Assembly: GCA_963662465.1 (NCBI GenBank)
Contig: OY759599.1
Coordinates: 6,848,001-6,912,000, forward strand
Direction: 5' to 3'
DNA length: 64,000 nt
From: Desulfatiglandales bacterium
GTDB taxonomy: Bacteria; Desulfobacterota; DSM-4660; Desulfatiglandales; Desulfatiglandaceae
The translations under genes and the position numbers were made by a program. Below are positions 49,572 to 60,549 of the stretch, in pieces (the stretch's first letter is position 1; every line of letters starts with the position of its first letter). The notes below the pieces were generated by a model, which searched no databases, was not told the DNA's origin, and saw nothing but the letters and a program-made list of their open reading frames with translations.

Positions 49572-50549
49572 CTAATCCTTTTCCAACGCAGGAAAGACGG
49601 TCTGCCAGATGTCCATATCGGCAAGGATTTTATCGCATGCCAGATAGGGGTCCATCCGGTTTTCTTCAACCTGACTTGCATAGGTTTGAAATGTGGCATC
49701 ATTTTCAAGGGCCTGTTTTACCTTCCGAAGCAGCAACTCTTTCATAATCTGGGCGAAAATTCGTTTGCGATTCTCCCGGTTAAGCCGCTCTCCCGTGCCT
49801 GTCCGGGATAGAAATTGACGATGCGCTTCCACGGCCTCCATGCATTCCGCCGTGCCGACCCCTTCAATGGCCTGGGTTTGCACAATAGGCGGACGCCACT
49901 GGCCGGGTTTGATTCGAATATCCAGGATGGCGGCCAGATCTTCCTCGGTGACGTTGGGCTCACCCTTGTCGATCTTATTGATCACGAAAATATCGGCAAT
50001 CTCCATGATTCCTGATTTCATGGCCTGGATATGGTCCCCGGCCGTGGGGGTCAGCACCAGGATGTTGGTTTCGGCGATACAACGGACATCCAATTCCGCC
50101 TGTCCCACCCCGACGGTTTCGAGTAAGATAAAGTCTTTGCCGAAAGCGTCCATGAGGCTGACCACCGCATGAACCTTCTGGGGCAAACCGCCCAAATTGC
50201 CCCGGGTCGCCATACTCCGGATAAATACGCCTGGATCAAGAAAGGCAGACCCCATTCTTATGCGATCTCCCAGTATGGCGCCGCCGCTGTAGGGGCTGCT
50301 GGGATCACAGGCAACCACACCCACCGTGGTTGATGCTTTTCGCATGTTCATGGTCAACTGTGAGGTGAGTGTGCTTTTGCCCGCTCCGGGGGAACCTGTA
50401 ATGCCGATGCAATAGGCGTGTCCCAGATGATCCTTGATTTCTTTCATCAGGTCCGAGATGATCAACCGTTCGTTTTCAATCATACTGATCAGTCGGCTCA
50501 TGGCATAGCTATCGCCCTGCAGCATCTTTTCTGTCAAATCCAGTATCAT
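49572..50549 (-). CDS. meaB: MeaB/ArgK G-protein chaperone, copy 2
   Basis: Near-identical to copy 1. Confidence 0.93.
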   Translation of the reverse strand: MILDLTEKMLQGDSYAMSRLISMIENERLIISDLMKEIKDHLGHAYCIGITGSPGAGKSTLTSQLTMNMRKASTTVGVVACDPSSPYSGGAILGDRIRMGSAFLDPGVFIRSMATRGNLGGLPQKVHAVVSLMDAFGKDFILLETVGVGQAELDVRCIAETNILVLTPTAGDHIQAMKSGIMEIADIFVINKIDKGEPNVTEEDLAAILDIRIKPGQWRPPIVQTQAIEGVGTAECMEAVEAHRQFLSRTGTGERLNRENRKRIFAQIMKELLLRKVKQALENDATFQTYASQVEENRMDPYLACDKILADMDIWQTVFPALEKD

Positions 50550-50591
50550 TTTAATTCCCCCTTTGCGGTCTGCGATCAAGCGATTTCCGGT

Positions 50592-50987
50592 TTAGGCATT
50601 GAGGTATTTAATAACATCTTCAGTGGGCGTATCCGGTCCGAAGATGGCATCAACACCCATCTTTTTGAGCGCCTCGATCTCATCACTGGGGATAATCCCT
50701 CCAACCAGAAATTTGACTTTTTTTCCTTTTTCTTTCAAGCCGTTGAGCACGGCAGGAATATCATGGGCATATCCGGAACTATAAAAACCCATGCCGATCA
50801 CGTCCACGTCCTCCTGCAAAGCGATTTCCACGACTTCCTCACAAACGCGGTATCGGATGAAAACGACTTCCTTGCCCAGGTCCCGAAACACTTCCGCAAT
50901 ATACCGGATACCGCGATCATGGGCATCCTGGTCGCACTTGGCCAGAAGCACCCGAACTTTATCATCAACCTTTACCGTAGTATCCAT
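50592..50987 (-). CDS. Cobalamin-binding small subunit of an acyl-CoA mutase, copy 2
   Basis: DAHDRG; matches copy 1. Confidence 0.92.
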   Translation of the reverse strand: MDTTVKVDDKVRVLLAKCDQDAHDRGIRYIAEVFRDLGKEVVFIRYRVCEEVVEIALQEDVDVIGMGFYSSGYAHDIPAVLNGLKEKGKKVKFLVGGIIPSDEIEALKKMGVDAIFGPDTPTEDVIKYLNA

Positions 50988-52683
50988 ACCCTAAAACCTC
51001 CTTTAACAACCCTTGAGTTTCACCCAATGTACAGTCTGCCCGAAAGGCGTCGATCATGGCCGGCATGACCCGGCCGCAGGATTGCGGCCATTCGTTTTTC
51101 ATCGCCAGAATGGCCGCACGCAAATGTTCCAATGCGGCCTGGGCCTTTTTTTCGTCCCGCTGTTCGCGGAAGGCCTTGACCCGTTCGATGGCGAATTTTT
51201 CCGTATCCGGCTTGATTTTGAACAGGGGTGGATGCACTTCGTCATCCACTGCGTATTTGTTCACACCGACAATGGGTCTCTTTCCGTCATCGATGGACTC
51301 CTGCCATTTGCGCGCTTCCCTGGCGAGTTGGCTCCGGAACCAGCCGGACTCCCAGCATTTCAGATAGCCGCCTTTTTCTTCAATTTTGTCCAATAACCGG
51401 AGCGCTTCTTCCTCGATTTTCCGGGTCAGGGATTCCACATAGTATGATCCGCCCAGAGGATCCATAACATTGGCGATATTGGTCTCGTAGAACAGGATCT
51501 GTCCGGTTCTCAGGGCGATTTGCGCCGCTTTCTGGGAGGGAATGTTGGAACATTCGTCATAGGAGGCGGCCCACACGCCGTCGGCGCCGGCGAGAACTTG
51601 GGCCAGGGCCATGATAGTCACCCGGATAATGTTGTTCTCCGGCTCCTTGTGGTGCAGTAGAGAACCGGCGGTTTGGGGGAAATTCCGTAAGCGCAGCGAT
51701 TCCGGGTTGGTGCAATTGAATTTATTTTTGAAGATGTTCGCCCACATTTTCCGCTTGGCCCTGAATTTGGCCACGGTTTCAAAAAGATCCAGGCTGGTGT
51801 GGTCGTGTCCGTAGTACCTGGGCACGAATTCGTCGGGATCGAGCCCTACGTTGATGCACTCCTGGGTGATGAACATGGCGGTGGCCAGGGTGAAAGCCAC
51901 TTCCTGGGCGGGGGTGGCGCCGGCTTCGCCGGGATTGTAACCGGTGACGCTGGCCACCTGGGACATGGGCACATGCTTTGTGAAGAACTTTACGCATTCG
52001 GATCCAATCTTGTACGCATGGCGGGGAGGATAGCCCGCGGCATCCCAGTACCAGGAATGGTACCACAGGTTGCTGACCTTCAGGCGCAACTTGTCCCAGG
52101 GTATCCCGTTTCTTTCCGCATAAACCAGGTACCCGGCAAGGATAGCGAGCTGCCCGTCCGGGCTGGCATAAAAAACTTCCATTTTGGTGAGGTCGCGGCC
52201 GTTGTACAGATCGTCGTAATCCCACATGGTGGAAAGGGACATGCCGTCTTTTCCAACACGGCCCCTGGCCTCGGGAGCGTCTGGATCGTATCCCTGCTGA
52301 GAGGGGATATCCAACGCAACGTTTTGAACCAGCAGTTTGTTGACGTCGTCCTGCCCGATAAAAAGACCCCACCCGATCCGTTCCAGGTACTCCATCCGTT
52401 CGCGGGTGTCCTTACTCATTCCAAGCGCTACGGGTTGGCGCATCATCCATCCATCGACCGTGTAGGGGACATTGCGAAATCCCCTGGTATAGGGATACTC
52501 CCCGGGAATGGCGACATCATCAAAGCTGATCCCTTCCATGTCGGCAGGGGTGTACATGGGTTTTATGGGAATCCCGCCGGACGTTCTGGCCGAAATCTCC
52601 TCATCATCCACCGTATCCTTGATACGTTGCCGCCCCTGTTTTTCCATGGCCGCCGCTTTTTCCTTGACTGATTTTTCAAACAT
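50965..52683 (-). CDS. Methylmalonyl-CoA-mutase-family large subunit, divergent, copy 2
   Basis: Matches 26367-28085. Confidence 0.93.
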   Translation of the reverse strand: MFEKSVKEKAAAMEKQGRQRIKDTVDDEEISARTSGGIPIKPMYTPADMEGISFDDVAIPGEYPYTRGFRNVPYTVDGWMMRQPVALGMSKDTRERMEYLERIGWGLFIGQDDVNKLLVQNVALDIPSQQGYDPDAPEARGRVGKDGMSLSTMWDYDDLYNGRDLTKMEVFYASPDGQLAILAGYLVYAERNGIPWDKLRLKVSNLWYHSWYWDAAGYPPRHAYKIGSECVKFFTKHVPMSQVASVTGYNPGEAGATPAQEVAFTLATAMFITQECINVGLDPDEFVPRYYGHDHTSLDLFETVAKFRAKRKMWANIFKNKFNCTNPESLRLRNFPQTAGSLLHHKEPENNIIRVTIMALAQVLAGADGVWAASYDECSNIPSQKAAQIALRTGQILFYETNIANVMDPLGGSYYVESLTRKIEEEALRLLDKIEEKGGYLKCWESGWFRSQLAREARKWQESIDDGKRPIVGVNKYAVDDEVHPPLFKIKPDTEKFAIERVKAFREQRDEKKAQAALEHLRAAILAMKNEWPQSCGRVMPAMIDAFRADCTLGETQGLLKEVLGYGYYGKG

Positions 52684-52749
52684 ATGACCTCCTAAGGTTG
52701 ATATTTGTTTCTGGTTTTCCAGTGCTGCGCGCCACAGGCATTGGCCTTA

Positions 52750-53862
52750 CTAGGTTGCTTTTCCGGGACCGGCGCGGCGCTTTGACGAATCTATCGCGGT
52801 CTTTCTGACCTGTTGAACCATCTGAACCATCAAGTCCACAAGATAATCCGCTTTTTCACCTTCATTTTTTTTTCTTGAAACCACGGTCACCGGTCGTGTC
52901 TGAACCAGGAAGATATTGGCGGGAAAGGGGAGATCCGGATCTACTGCCCACTCCATATCCTGGGGGGCGCCATAATGGGTCTCCAATTGGACCGCATACT
53001 CCGCCAGTTTGATCGCCTCCATATCCGAAAGACAGGCCGCCTTTCGTTTGTCCGCGGGAACACTTTTTTCCTCTATGCCCGATGGACCGTAGTCGAGCAG
53101 TTTTTCCTTGTCGGAAATACTCTTTTTGATCAGGGTCATGGATTCTTTTTCGATGACGAATCGATCCGGCGCGACCAAACCCTGAACGATGCTTTCTCCC
53201 AGCCCCCAACTTCCTTCCAATACGACTTTCGACGGATCTCCGGTCAACGGGTGAACTGAAAACCCCACCCCCGCGGAGCGGGCATGAATCATTTGCAATA
53301 CGGTGACCCCCATAGCGCTGCCTTCGGCGGGAATATTCATTTTACGTCGATAGGTGATTGCCCGGGTGGTGAACTGGGAGGACCAGCATTGCACGATTTT
53401 TTCCACCAGATCCTCAGGACCCCGAACATTTAGAAAGCTATCGTATTGGCCGGCAAAGCTGGAGTCTTTCAGGTCTTCCGACAGCCCGCTGGACCTTACC
53501 GCCACCGGGACGTTCTCCGCTCCGGCGGCGCGGCATAATTCCTCATAACAGGAGATAATGTACCGACGCATGACATCGGGCAGGGTCTGGCTATCAATGA
53601 TGTCGCGGATGACCCGACTCTCTTCCTGGAGATCCGAGATATCGTTTCGATCAGGAGGGATACTTTCCATGTAACGATTGACCCGTGCGGCCGTGCCGGT
53701 CTCTTTCACAAACCGGTTGTAGGCATCGGTTGTAATGGCAAAACCGTTCGGCACCGGCAAACCGGCGTGTCGCATTTCCGCCAACTTGGCACTTTTTCCG
53801 CCCACCCTGTCAACGGATATTTCGCCGATTTCATGAAACCAGACTACAAAATTATCTTTCAC
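52750..53862 (-). CDS. PEP-synthase ATP-grasp protein (phenylphosphate synthase beta-like), copy 2
   Basis: Matches 28138-29250. Confidence 0.88.
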   Translation of the reverse strand: MKDNFVVWFHEIGEISVDRVGGKSAKLAEMRHAGLPVPNGFAITTDAYNRFVKETGTAARVNRYMESIPPDRNDISDLQEESRVIRDIIDSQTLPDVMRRYIISCYEELCRAAGAENVPVAVRSSGLSEDLKDSSFAGQYDSFLNVRGPEDLVEKIVQCWSSQFTTRAITYRRKMNIPAEGSAMGVTVLQMIHARSAGVGFSVHPLTGDPSKVVLEGSWGLGESIVQGLVAPDRFVIEKESMTLIKKSISDKEKLLDYGPSGIEEKSVPADKRKAACLSDMEAIKLAEYAVQLETHYGAPQDMEWAVDPDLPFPANIFLVQTRPVTVVSRKKNEGEKADYLVDLMVQMVQQVRKTAIDSSKRRAGPGKAT

Positions 53863-53928
53863 GAATTGCCTCCTCCAGATCTCTGTTGCACCGGGTTTTA
53901 CCCCTGGTTCTGAAACCACAGCAACTTC

Positions 53929-55608
53929 TTAATCATCCAGAAAATAAACGACGCCCATGTTGGCATCTACTCGGATACGCTGTCCGGTTTTAATCTTCTT
54001 CGTTCCTTCAAATACATTGAGCACCACGGGAATGCCGAATTCACGGCCCACCACGGCCGCATGGGCCAGACTGCCGCCCCGATCGATCACCGCGCCTTTG
54101 ATCAGATTGAAAACCGGTGTCCAACTGGGCGCGGTATTGACGGCCACCAGAATATCGCCCTCCTCAACAAGGCGCAGATCTTTTTCATCCAAAATCACCC
54201 GTGCAGGTCCTTCGCAAATACCGGTTGACCCTACGACTCCATACAGGTCCGCCTTAAGTTCCGGATCCACCTCCGGCATGGCGCCCATGAGGGCTTTGAA
54301 AAATATGGGATCAGCGAGACTGGCCAAATGAGGACCGATCTCTTCGTGAGATACCCCTTCCTTGAGCAAGAAAGGCGGGTTCCCTTCCTCGCACCACCGG
54401 CCCCAGTCCGCACGACGTTTTTCAATGATCGGGCGCAGGTCGTAGTGTTGGGGGGCGTAAATGATCTTGTGGATTTCGTCGGGAAGGAGAAAAAATATGT
54501 CTTCCTTTTTATCAAAGGCGCCGGCGGCCACATACCGCTTACCGATGGCGATAAACGCTCTTCGGGTAATGGCAAAACAGTAGTCTTCACAGTAATAGGA
54601 ATGTTCTTCGCCATAGGAACCGGCTTGCTGGGCAACTTTGAGCAATTTGGCGAAATAATCTTTTTGCTGGGCCGGAATCTTGGCCAAAATCTCCTTTTCG
54701 GCGGCTTCTCGTTCTTCTATGGCTTTTTTCCGCTGTTTTTCGAGATCGAATTCACTAGACCGTTTCATGTACATTTTGATGATGCCCAGGGGCGGAAATG
54801 GTTCCTCGATCCATGAGGGATCGATCATCTCGGCCCGGCGCTGGCTTCGCCATCCGTCTTCCTGGAGAAATGCATAAAACTGATCGAGCCAAAGTTTGCC
54901 GCTTTCGTTTTCTTCCAGCAGGGGAATGATGTCTTTCGCGGAGTTTTCGGTCAGAATTTCGGAGATCCCCATCTCTTTGGCAGCTTTGGAAAGATTCCAC
55001 ATTCTGCGGTCCACTTGAAAGATCTTGTTGTCGAAACCGGTTATCAACTTGAGAAAGGTGGGATGGGTGTCATCGATTTGCAGCAGCTGCTTGCATACGT
55101 TTTCAAGGAGAACATAGGGGAACCAGGTGATGTACATGCCGAGAACATGAAAATACCACATCTTGCGCGTCACCGAAAAGCAGTCCTCCACATGCTCCCA
55201 TAGCGCCATGTTCGAAGCGTTGTCCACATCAAACTGTTTCAACCGCTCATAAAGCGGCATTAACTCCTTGACCAGCATGCCTTTCCAGTTTTTGTCGTAG
55301 TCCTCCAGATAGGGCTGAATGAAGCTCCTGAATTTTTTTTCCCTTTCCTTTGCCTCTTCGGGGTCATCGACCCGGGAAAAACCGTAATAAACGCCTCCGT
55401 TTTTTAGCCGGAAAAACGTCGTTCTGGAAAACGGCAGACTGACCGCTTCCATAGCGCCAGCGCCGCCGTGATAGCAAAACATACCCCAATACCACGCGAA
55501 AAGGGGCGTCCACGGCGGGGTACAATGGCCTTCGTCCAATAGCCAGATGGGTGTTGCTTTAAAATCCAATTCCGGGTCAAAATCGATACACGTGGTCAGA
55601 TCTTTCAT
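53929..55608 (-). CDS. Phospho-His swivel-domain protein (phenylphosphate synthase alpha-like), copy 2
   Basis: Near-identical to 29317-30996; AHAAVVGREFGIP. Confidence 0.88.
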   Translation of the reverse strand: MKDLTTCIDFDPELDFKATPIWLLDEGHCTPPWTPLFAWYWGMFCYHGGAGAMEAVSLPFSRTTFFRLKNGGVYYGFSRVDDPEEAKEREKKFRSFIQPYLEDYDKNWKGMLVKELMPLYERLKQFDVDNASNMALWEHVEDCFSVTRKMWYFHVLGMYITWFPYVLLENVCKQLLQIDDTHPTFLKLITGFDNKIFQVDRRMWNLSKAAKEMGISEILTENSAKDIIPLLEENESGKLWLDQFYAFLQEDGWRSQRRAEMIDPSWIEEPFPPLGIIKMYMKRSSEFDLEKQRKKAIEEREAAEKEILAKIPAQQKDYFAKLLKVAQQAGSYGEEHSYYCEDYCFAITRRAFIAIGKRYVAAGAFDKKEDIFFLLPDEIHKIIYAPQHYDLRPIIEKRRADWGRWCEEGNPPFLLKEGVSHEEIGPHLASLADPIFFKALMGAMPEVDPELKADLYGVVGSTGICEGPARVILDEKDLRLVEEGDILVAVNTAPSWTPVFNLIKGAVIDRGGSLAHAAVVGREFGIPVVLNVFEGTKKIKTGQRIRVDANMGVVYFLDD

Positions 55609-55743
55609 TTTTCTCCTCCTGTAATCAGAGCGGCTATAGTGGGGATGAACTAAGGAATAGGTTATATGGAATATTCCGACGTTATATTGTCACCTCCTTT
55701 TTGTACGAAAATACCGTTGTCATAGAGCAAAACTGACTTGGTC

Positions 55744-55772
55744 AATTTAATGCAAGCGAAGAATAGTGTCAA
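55744..55772 (-). promoter_or_regulatory. Sigma70-type promoter of the kinase/mutase operon, copy 2
   Basis: TTGACA-17 nt-TAAATT. Confidence 0.62.
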
Positions 55773-55877
55773 GCGGAATAATTCGAAATGCAAACATATG
55801 TGATGCCTAAAAATCCAAATCCTGTTTTTTAAGAACTGGTCGTAAATAGATCCCGTGCTTGTCCCTGGTTTGTGCGG

Positions 55878-56387
55878 TTATGACAACTCGGGCATGGATG
55901 CCCACAGCCATTTTCTAAGTTTCTTCGATATCTCTCTGAGGTCGTCAATCTGATTGCCGGTCAGACATGATGTGGCAACTGAACTGGCCTGCTGCATATC
56001 GGGCAAACTGTTTTTCACAAGTTCTATCCCTTCTCGCGTAATGGTGATGGTGATAGACCGCCGGTCTCCGTCCGTGGGTCCCCTTTTGACGAGATCTCCC
56101 TTTTCCAGGATATCGATGGCTCTTGTGATGGCATGTTTGGAGCGGTAGACCCGTTTGCTGATATTGGTTGGGGTCATCTGGCCCCCGTTTGAAATCAGCA
56201 GATACAGAATATTCAACCGGGTCTGGTCCTGGCCGTGTTTTTTAAGCTGTGATTCCAGAAACCGGTTTGCCGCCTCGGCCGCATACATGAGCAGAATCAG
56301 ACTGTCGAATTTAACGATTTCGGAAATCTGATCGATTTCTTCGGCCAGGTCTTTGATGGCCATCTGATCTTCCCTTTTAACACTCAT
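55878..56387 (-). CDS. MarR family transcriptional regulator (copy 2 only)
   Basis: ILYLL...MTPTNISKR...AITRAIDILEKGDLVKR....DRRSITITIT.EG winged helix. Confidence 0.9.
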   Translation of the reverse strand: MSVKREDQMAIKDLAEEIDQISEIVKFDSLILLMYAAEAANRFLESQLKKHGQDQTRLNILYLLISNGGQMTPTNISKRVYRSKHAITRAIDILEKGDLVKRGPTDGDRRSITITITREGIELVKNSLPDMQQASSVATSCLTGNQIDDLREISKKLRKWLWASMPELS

Positions 56388-56519
56388 AGACTTTCACCTC
56401 TCAATGGGTCTTTCTGAAGATTATGGTTCCAAAAAATCGGATCAAATTTTGAGTATCAAAGAGTCAGCCGTTCAAGTCAAGATGAAATATCCCTTGTCGA
56501 ACAATAGGGCATGGGAATG

Positions 56520-56678
56520 TCAACCGTTTTCCTTTTCCACTGTTGGGAGATCGCTTTCTCGCTGTGCCATGACCGTTTCAAATTCTCCCAACAGGGCCTG
56601 TGCAAATACGGTATCCTCCAGGTTGGCGTCGACTTCGATGAGTTCGACGCGGTCGTTGGTTAGCAGGCGTTTTAACTC
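56520..56678 (-). pseudogene. 3' remnant of the Tm-1-like gene at a 2.64 kb deletion junction
   Basis: Matches 31410-31568, then jumps to sequence matching 34212 onward. Confidence 0.9.
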
Positions 56679-56795
56679 CTTTTGTCTATTTTTCAGAGAA
56701 TTCAGGAGCCGGAATAGAAGGTTGGTGCTTTTTTATATTCTGAATTCCGGTCCCTGACTCCTGAATTTTTGGGTTGCGGGCGCAGCCCGCGTTAG

Positions 56796-58463
56796 TTAGT
56801 AAGATCTTCCTTTGAGTTCCCAGTGCTTCTTCAAGCCGTACTTGTCGGCGATGATTTTGTAGCAGTTATAGCCGCAGGATCCCCGGATGCCCCCGCCCAC
56901 GTGGGTGGTGGCCGAACAGAGGAAGAGGTTGTCTACCGGCGTCTGGTACTGACTCAATTCGGGAATCGGTCGGAACCGACCCATCTGACTCGGGATCATG
57001 GCGCCCACGCTCACGGAACTGTTGATAAAGTTGATGTTTTTCCGGCTGGTTTCCATGCAGGTGTCAAAGTAGCTGTCGATAACATTTTTTTCGGTCATGT
57101 TATCGGAATAAATCTGGTACTGTTTCAGCAGTTCCTTGGGGAATTCTCTTCTCATCTCGGCCCATCTGGCTTCGGAGAAGTATTTCATCTCTCCGGTATA
57201 CTGCTCGATCTGAACGAGATGCTTTCCTTCGGGCACCCGTGTTTTATCCCAGATAGAGTCCGGACCGGCGAACCAGCATAACTTTTTGGGAATTCCGTAC
57301 ATGGAGCATTCCAGTTTTTGCCTGTCCGCTATATATTCCACGTCTTTCGGACCGATGAGGGTTCGGGGCATGGCATTGCAGTCGGGGTTGAAGGCCGCCG
57401 CCTTGAACTCGGTTGGCTCGTGCATGGCAAAGGTTCCCCAGAATGCCGCACACATCCGGTCGTAGCGGATATTCTTGACCTTTCGAACCAGGTTGTAGTC
57501 GAACTGGTCTTCTCCGATAAACCGCAGGAGGGTCTGGTTGAGGTCCACGTCGGAAACCACGCACTGTTTAGCCGTAATTTCATCCCCGTGTACGGTGCGA
57601 ACACCGGTGGCCTTTCCGTTTTCCACCAGAATTTTTTCGATCTCGTTTTCCACGAAAAATTTTCCGCCCCTGGACACAAAGGCCCGTTGCATGGCATGGG
57701 CAACCGAGTGGGAACCACCCATTACCGTTGCCGGGGGGGTGATGTTCAAGCAGGTCATGATCGTATGGATTACGTTAAACAATCCCAAAGGGTCTTCCGG
57801 CCAGTTTCCGGTGCTGGTTTGAAGGCCCCGCAAAAAATAACACTGCATCTCAGGACTATCGAAAAGTTCGCGAGCCATCTCGGTACCGCTCATCACCTCC
57901 CACCGTGGATCCATACCGGACTCGGGGTCCTGAAGCAGCTGTTCCAGGGCGTCCGGGGTGCCAAATGGCGTGGGCGGGTTGAACATATAATCGCGATAGG
58001 CTTTTTTCCATTTCTTCTCTACCCGTTCGAGAAGATCAAAGGCCGTGTCCGCATCCCTTTGTGAAAATCTGGAAATCTCCTTTAAGGTTTTTTCCAGGTT
58101 TTCGCTGGATCGGGCGGTTTCACCAGTGTTATGGTCCACCACTTGGTAAACGGGATAGGTGACCAGGCAGGTTTCATCGTCAAAGATCATGCCCTGGCCC
58201 GCTTCGGGGAATATTTGTTTGAGTCCGTATTCTCCGAGGTTGAAATCCTCGTAGCAGGGCGTCGTATAAAAACGAACATTGGTTGCGCAGGTGTTGGTGA
58301 TGAATCCGGGCAACGGCACTTCATCCCCGCACAACCCCCCTCCGATTTCCATGTTTCGTTCAAAAACCGCGGTCTGTACACCGGCATCCTGGAGGTAAAG
58401 CGCCACCAGTAGCCCGTTTGCGCCGCCTCCGATTACCAATGCGTCATAGCTTTTGTCCGCCAT
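56796..58463 (-). CDS. Phytoene-desaturase-family FAD oxidoreductase 2, copy 2
   Basis: Matches 34329-35996. Confidence 0.87.
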   Translation of the reverse strand: MADKSYDALVIGGGANGLLVALYLQDAGVQTAVFERNMEIGGGLCGDEVPLPGFITNTCATNVRFYTTPCYEDFNLGEYGLKQIFPEAGQGMIFDDETCLVTYPVYQVVDHNTGETARSSENLEKTLKEISRFSQRDADTAFDLLERVEKKWKKAYRDYMFNPPTPFGTPDALEQLLQDPESGMDPRWEVMSGTEMARELFDSPEMQCYFLRGLQTSTGNWPEDPLGLFNVIHTIMTCLNITPPATVMGGSHSVAHAMQRAFVSRGGKFFVENEIEKILVENGKATGVRTVHGDEITAKQCVVSDVDLNQTLLRFIGEDQFDYNLVRKVKNIRYDRMCAAFWGTFAMHEPTEFKAAAFNPDCNAMPRTLIGPKDVEYIADRQKLECSMYGIPKKLCWFAGPDSIWDKTRVPEGKHLVQIEQYTGEMKYFSEARWAEMRREFPKELLKQYQIYSDNMTEKNVIDSYFDTCMETSRKNINFINSSVSVGAMIPSQMGRFRPIPELSQYQTPVDNLFLCSATTHVGGGIRGSCGYNCYKIIADKYGLKKHWELKGRSY

Positions 58464-58481
58464 CGTGATTCCTCCTTAAAA

Positions 58482-58790
58482 TTATGCTGCCTGCTCTTGT
58501 AGTTCAGCCTGTTTTTTTTTACCCCTGCGAAACAAAAGACCGAAACCCGAAAATAGAATCCAGGGGCGGCAACAGACCATCCAAAGTATTTGTCGAAGGT
58601 CGCTCGGTTCAATAAAGATTCTCACCTGCCAGTTTACGGGCTCAAGCGTCTCCATGGTCATGAGCATGCGGACCGGTTCTTTACCGTCTTCCGACGGGGT
58701 CAGGGTTTCCGGTACCATGTCCGTGGTTTCGATTTTGGCCACCTCTGCCAAAAGCAGCGTTCTCCCCAAGCCTGTTGATCGAATAAGCAT
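58482..58790 (-). CDS. Hypothetical protein (102 aa), copy 2
   Basis: Matches 36015-36323. Confidence 0.75.
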   Translation of the reverse strand: MLIRSTGLGRTLLLAEVAKIETTDMVPETLTPSEDGKEPVRMLMTMETLEPVNWQVRIFIEPSDLRQILWMVCCRPWILFSGFGLLFRRGKKKQAELQEQAA

Positions 58791-58807
58791 AATGTATCTC
58801 CCTGTGG

Positions 58808-60424
58808 TTAAAAAAGTCCGGCAGCCTTGCCCGGCGCAAAGATTTCAGGTTCCTTCCACCATTTTTCGATCCCCAGATCTTCCGCAATGGTCTGCGTTGC
58901 ACAATAGCCGGGACCGTAAGTGATCATTCCGCCGGAATGGGTGCAGGCTCCGCACATGTATAATCCCTTGATGGGGGTGGAATGTTCCGAAAGCACCTCA
59001 TTGGGTCGGTAAAATCCCATCTGAAGGGGGGTATAGGCCCCCTGCTTGAAACAGCCCTGTTTCATGTTCGGAAATTTGTTTTCAATGTCCAGCGGCGTAC
59101 TCAGGTAATCCCATATGATGGTATCGTCGTTAATGTTGGTCGCATACTGGCTCAATTTATTTTTGCATCGTTCCGCATGTTCCCGGCGCATCTCGTACCA
59201 TGCTTCAGCCCCGCCGTTTTCCAGTTTGTAGGGGGCTTCCTGGGTGATGAGTCCTACGGCGCCGCCGTTCATCACCCGGATGGGGTCATGGACCGAGGGA
59301 AAGCAACAGGAAAAACCGGAATCGATGAGCTGGCCCTTCTTGATGGCCTCAAAATGATCGATGAGGTCCTGATCGCTGTCGTAGCCCAGCACGTAGATCA
59401 GCGCATTGTCCAGTTCGGGATTGGATTCCGCGATTTTAAGCCGGGGTCTTTCCTTCAACGCCATGTGGACATTGAAGTAGCTCCAGTCGGTGTATTTCCA
59501 GTTTTTTATGCGTTTCAGCAGGTAGTCATCCAGGTGTTCCGGTCCTACCATGTCGATGAGTGTCTGCTGGGGGTTCAGGGAGCTGGCCACAAACTTTCCG
59601 GCCGTGATTGTGGCGCCGTCCTTTAATGCCACCCCTTTTACCTCGCCGTTTTCGATGATTAAATTTTGAACGAGCATTCCGGAAAGAATTCTGCCGCCGT
59701 TTTCCACAAAGTTTTTGGCCATCAGATGGGTCACGTGGTGTGATCCGCCCCGGCAGAGCCTGAAATGCCATCCCCGGTTGATCAATAGGGGGACCAGGAA
59801 TCCCACCCCCTCCAGATCGTAGTCCATTCCCCACATGGTGGCCAGATAGAGAAACAGTCCCCGCACCCGTTCGTTTTCGAACAGGTCGTCAACGATTTGC
59901 TTCGGCGTCAACCCGGTCATTTCCTCGTCTCGCCGGATGATGGGATTGGCGTTGAGTTTTGCCACCTGTTCCAGGGGCGGGATGGGATTGACATAGCTGG
60001 CCGGCGCCAGAAATAGATCAACGGCTTCCTGGGACCACTGGGCGAACTCCCTGAAGGTCTCTGCGTCTTTCTCGGAGAATTTGCGAATCGATTCGCAGGT
60101 CCGTTCAGGGTCTTTGTACATAGCCAGATGGGTGCCGTCCGAGAAGGGCATGACCACCTGCAGGTCGGGGTAGATCCATTTTAGGTCGTACCGGGTATCC
60201 AGTTCCAAATCCGCGAGAGGCGGGGCATATTCCACCATCATATGGTAGATGGCATGGGTATCGTGGAGAAACCCCGGAGATGTAACCTGCTCTGTGGCCA
60301 ACCCCCCGCCGATCTCATAGCGCTTGTCTAGCAAAAGAATTTTCAAACCGGCTTTTGCCAGGTAGGTGGCCACGGTCATTCCGTTGGGTCCCGCACCGAT
60401 GATAATTCCGTCATAATCAGCCAT
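58808..60424 (-). CDS. Phytoene-desaturase-family FAD oxidoreductase 1, copy 2
   Basis: Near-identical to 36341-37957. Confidence 0.88.
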   Translation of the reverse strand: MADYDGIIIGAGPNGMTVATYLAKAGLKILLLDKRYEIGGGLATEQVTSPGFLHDTHAIYHMMVEYAPPLADLELDTRYDLKWIYPDLQVVMPFSDGTHLAMYKDPERTCESIRKFSEKDAETFREFAQWSQEAVDLFLAPASYVNPIPPLEQVAKLNANPIIRRDEEMTGLTPKQIVDDLFENERVRGLFLYLATMWGMDYDLEGVGFLVPLLINRGWHFRLCRGGSHHVTHLMAKNFVENGGRILSGMLVQNLIIENGEVKGVALKDGATITAGKFVASSLNPQQTLIDMVGPEHLDDYLLKRIKNWKYTDWSYFNVHMALKERPRLKIAESNPELDNALIYVLGYDSDQDLIDHFEAIKKGQLIDSGFSCCFPSVHDPIRVMNGGAVGLITQEAPYKLENGGAEAWYEMRREHAERCKNKLSQYATNINDDTIIWDYLSTPLDIENKFPNMKQGCFKQGAYTPLQMGFYRPNEVLSEHSTPIKGLYMCGACTHSGGMITYGPGYCATQTIAEDLGIEKWWKEPEIFAPGKAAGLF

Positions 60425-60549
60425 AATTTTATCTCCTATTTAAATACTCATCAAAGCGTGATCGGTTGATAAATTGTCGTCATATCCCATCTATCTCTTT
60501 CATTGCCGCTGTGTCGGACAAGGAGCCGAGATATTCGGAACTTCTTTTT

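Noticed and set aside
56404..56757. 117-aa + strand ORF
   Set aside because: Antisense read-through across the deletion junction, fusing two shadow frames from copy 1.
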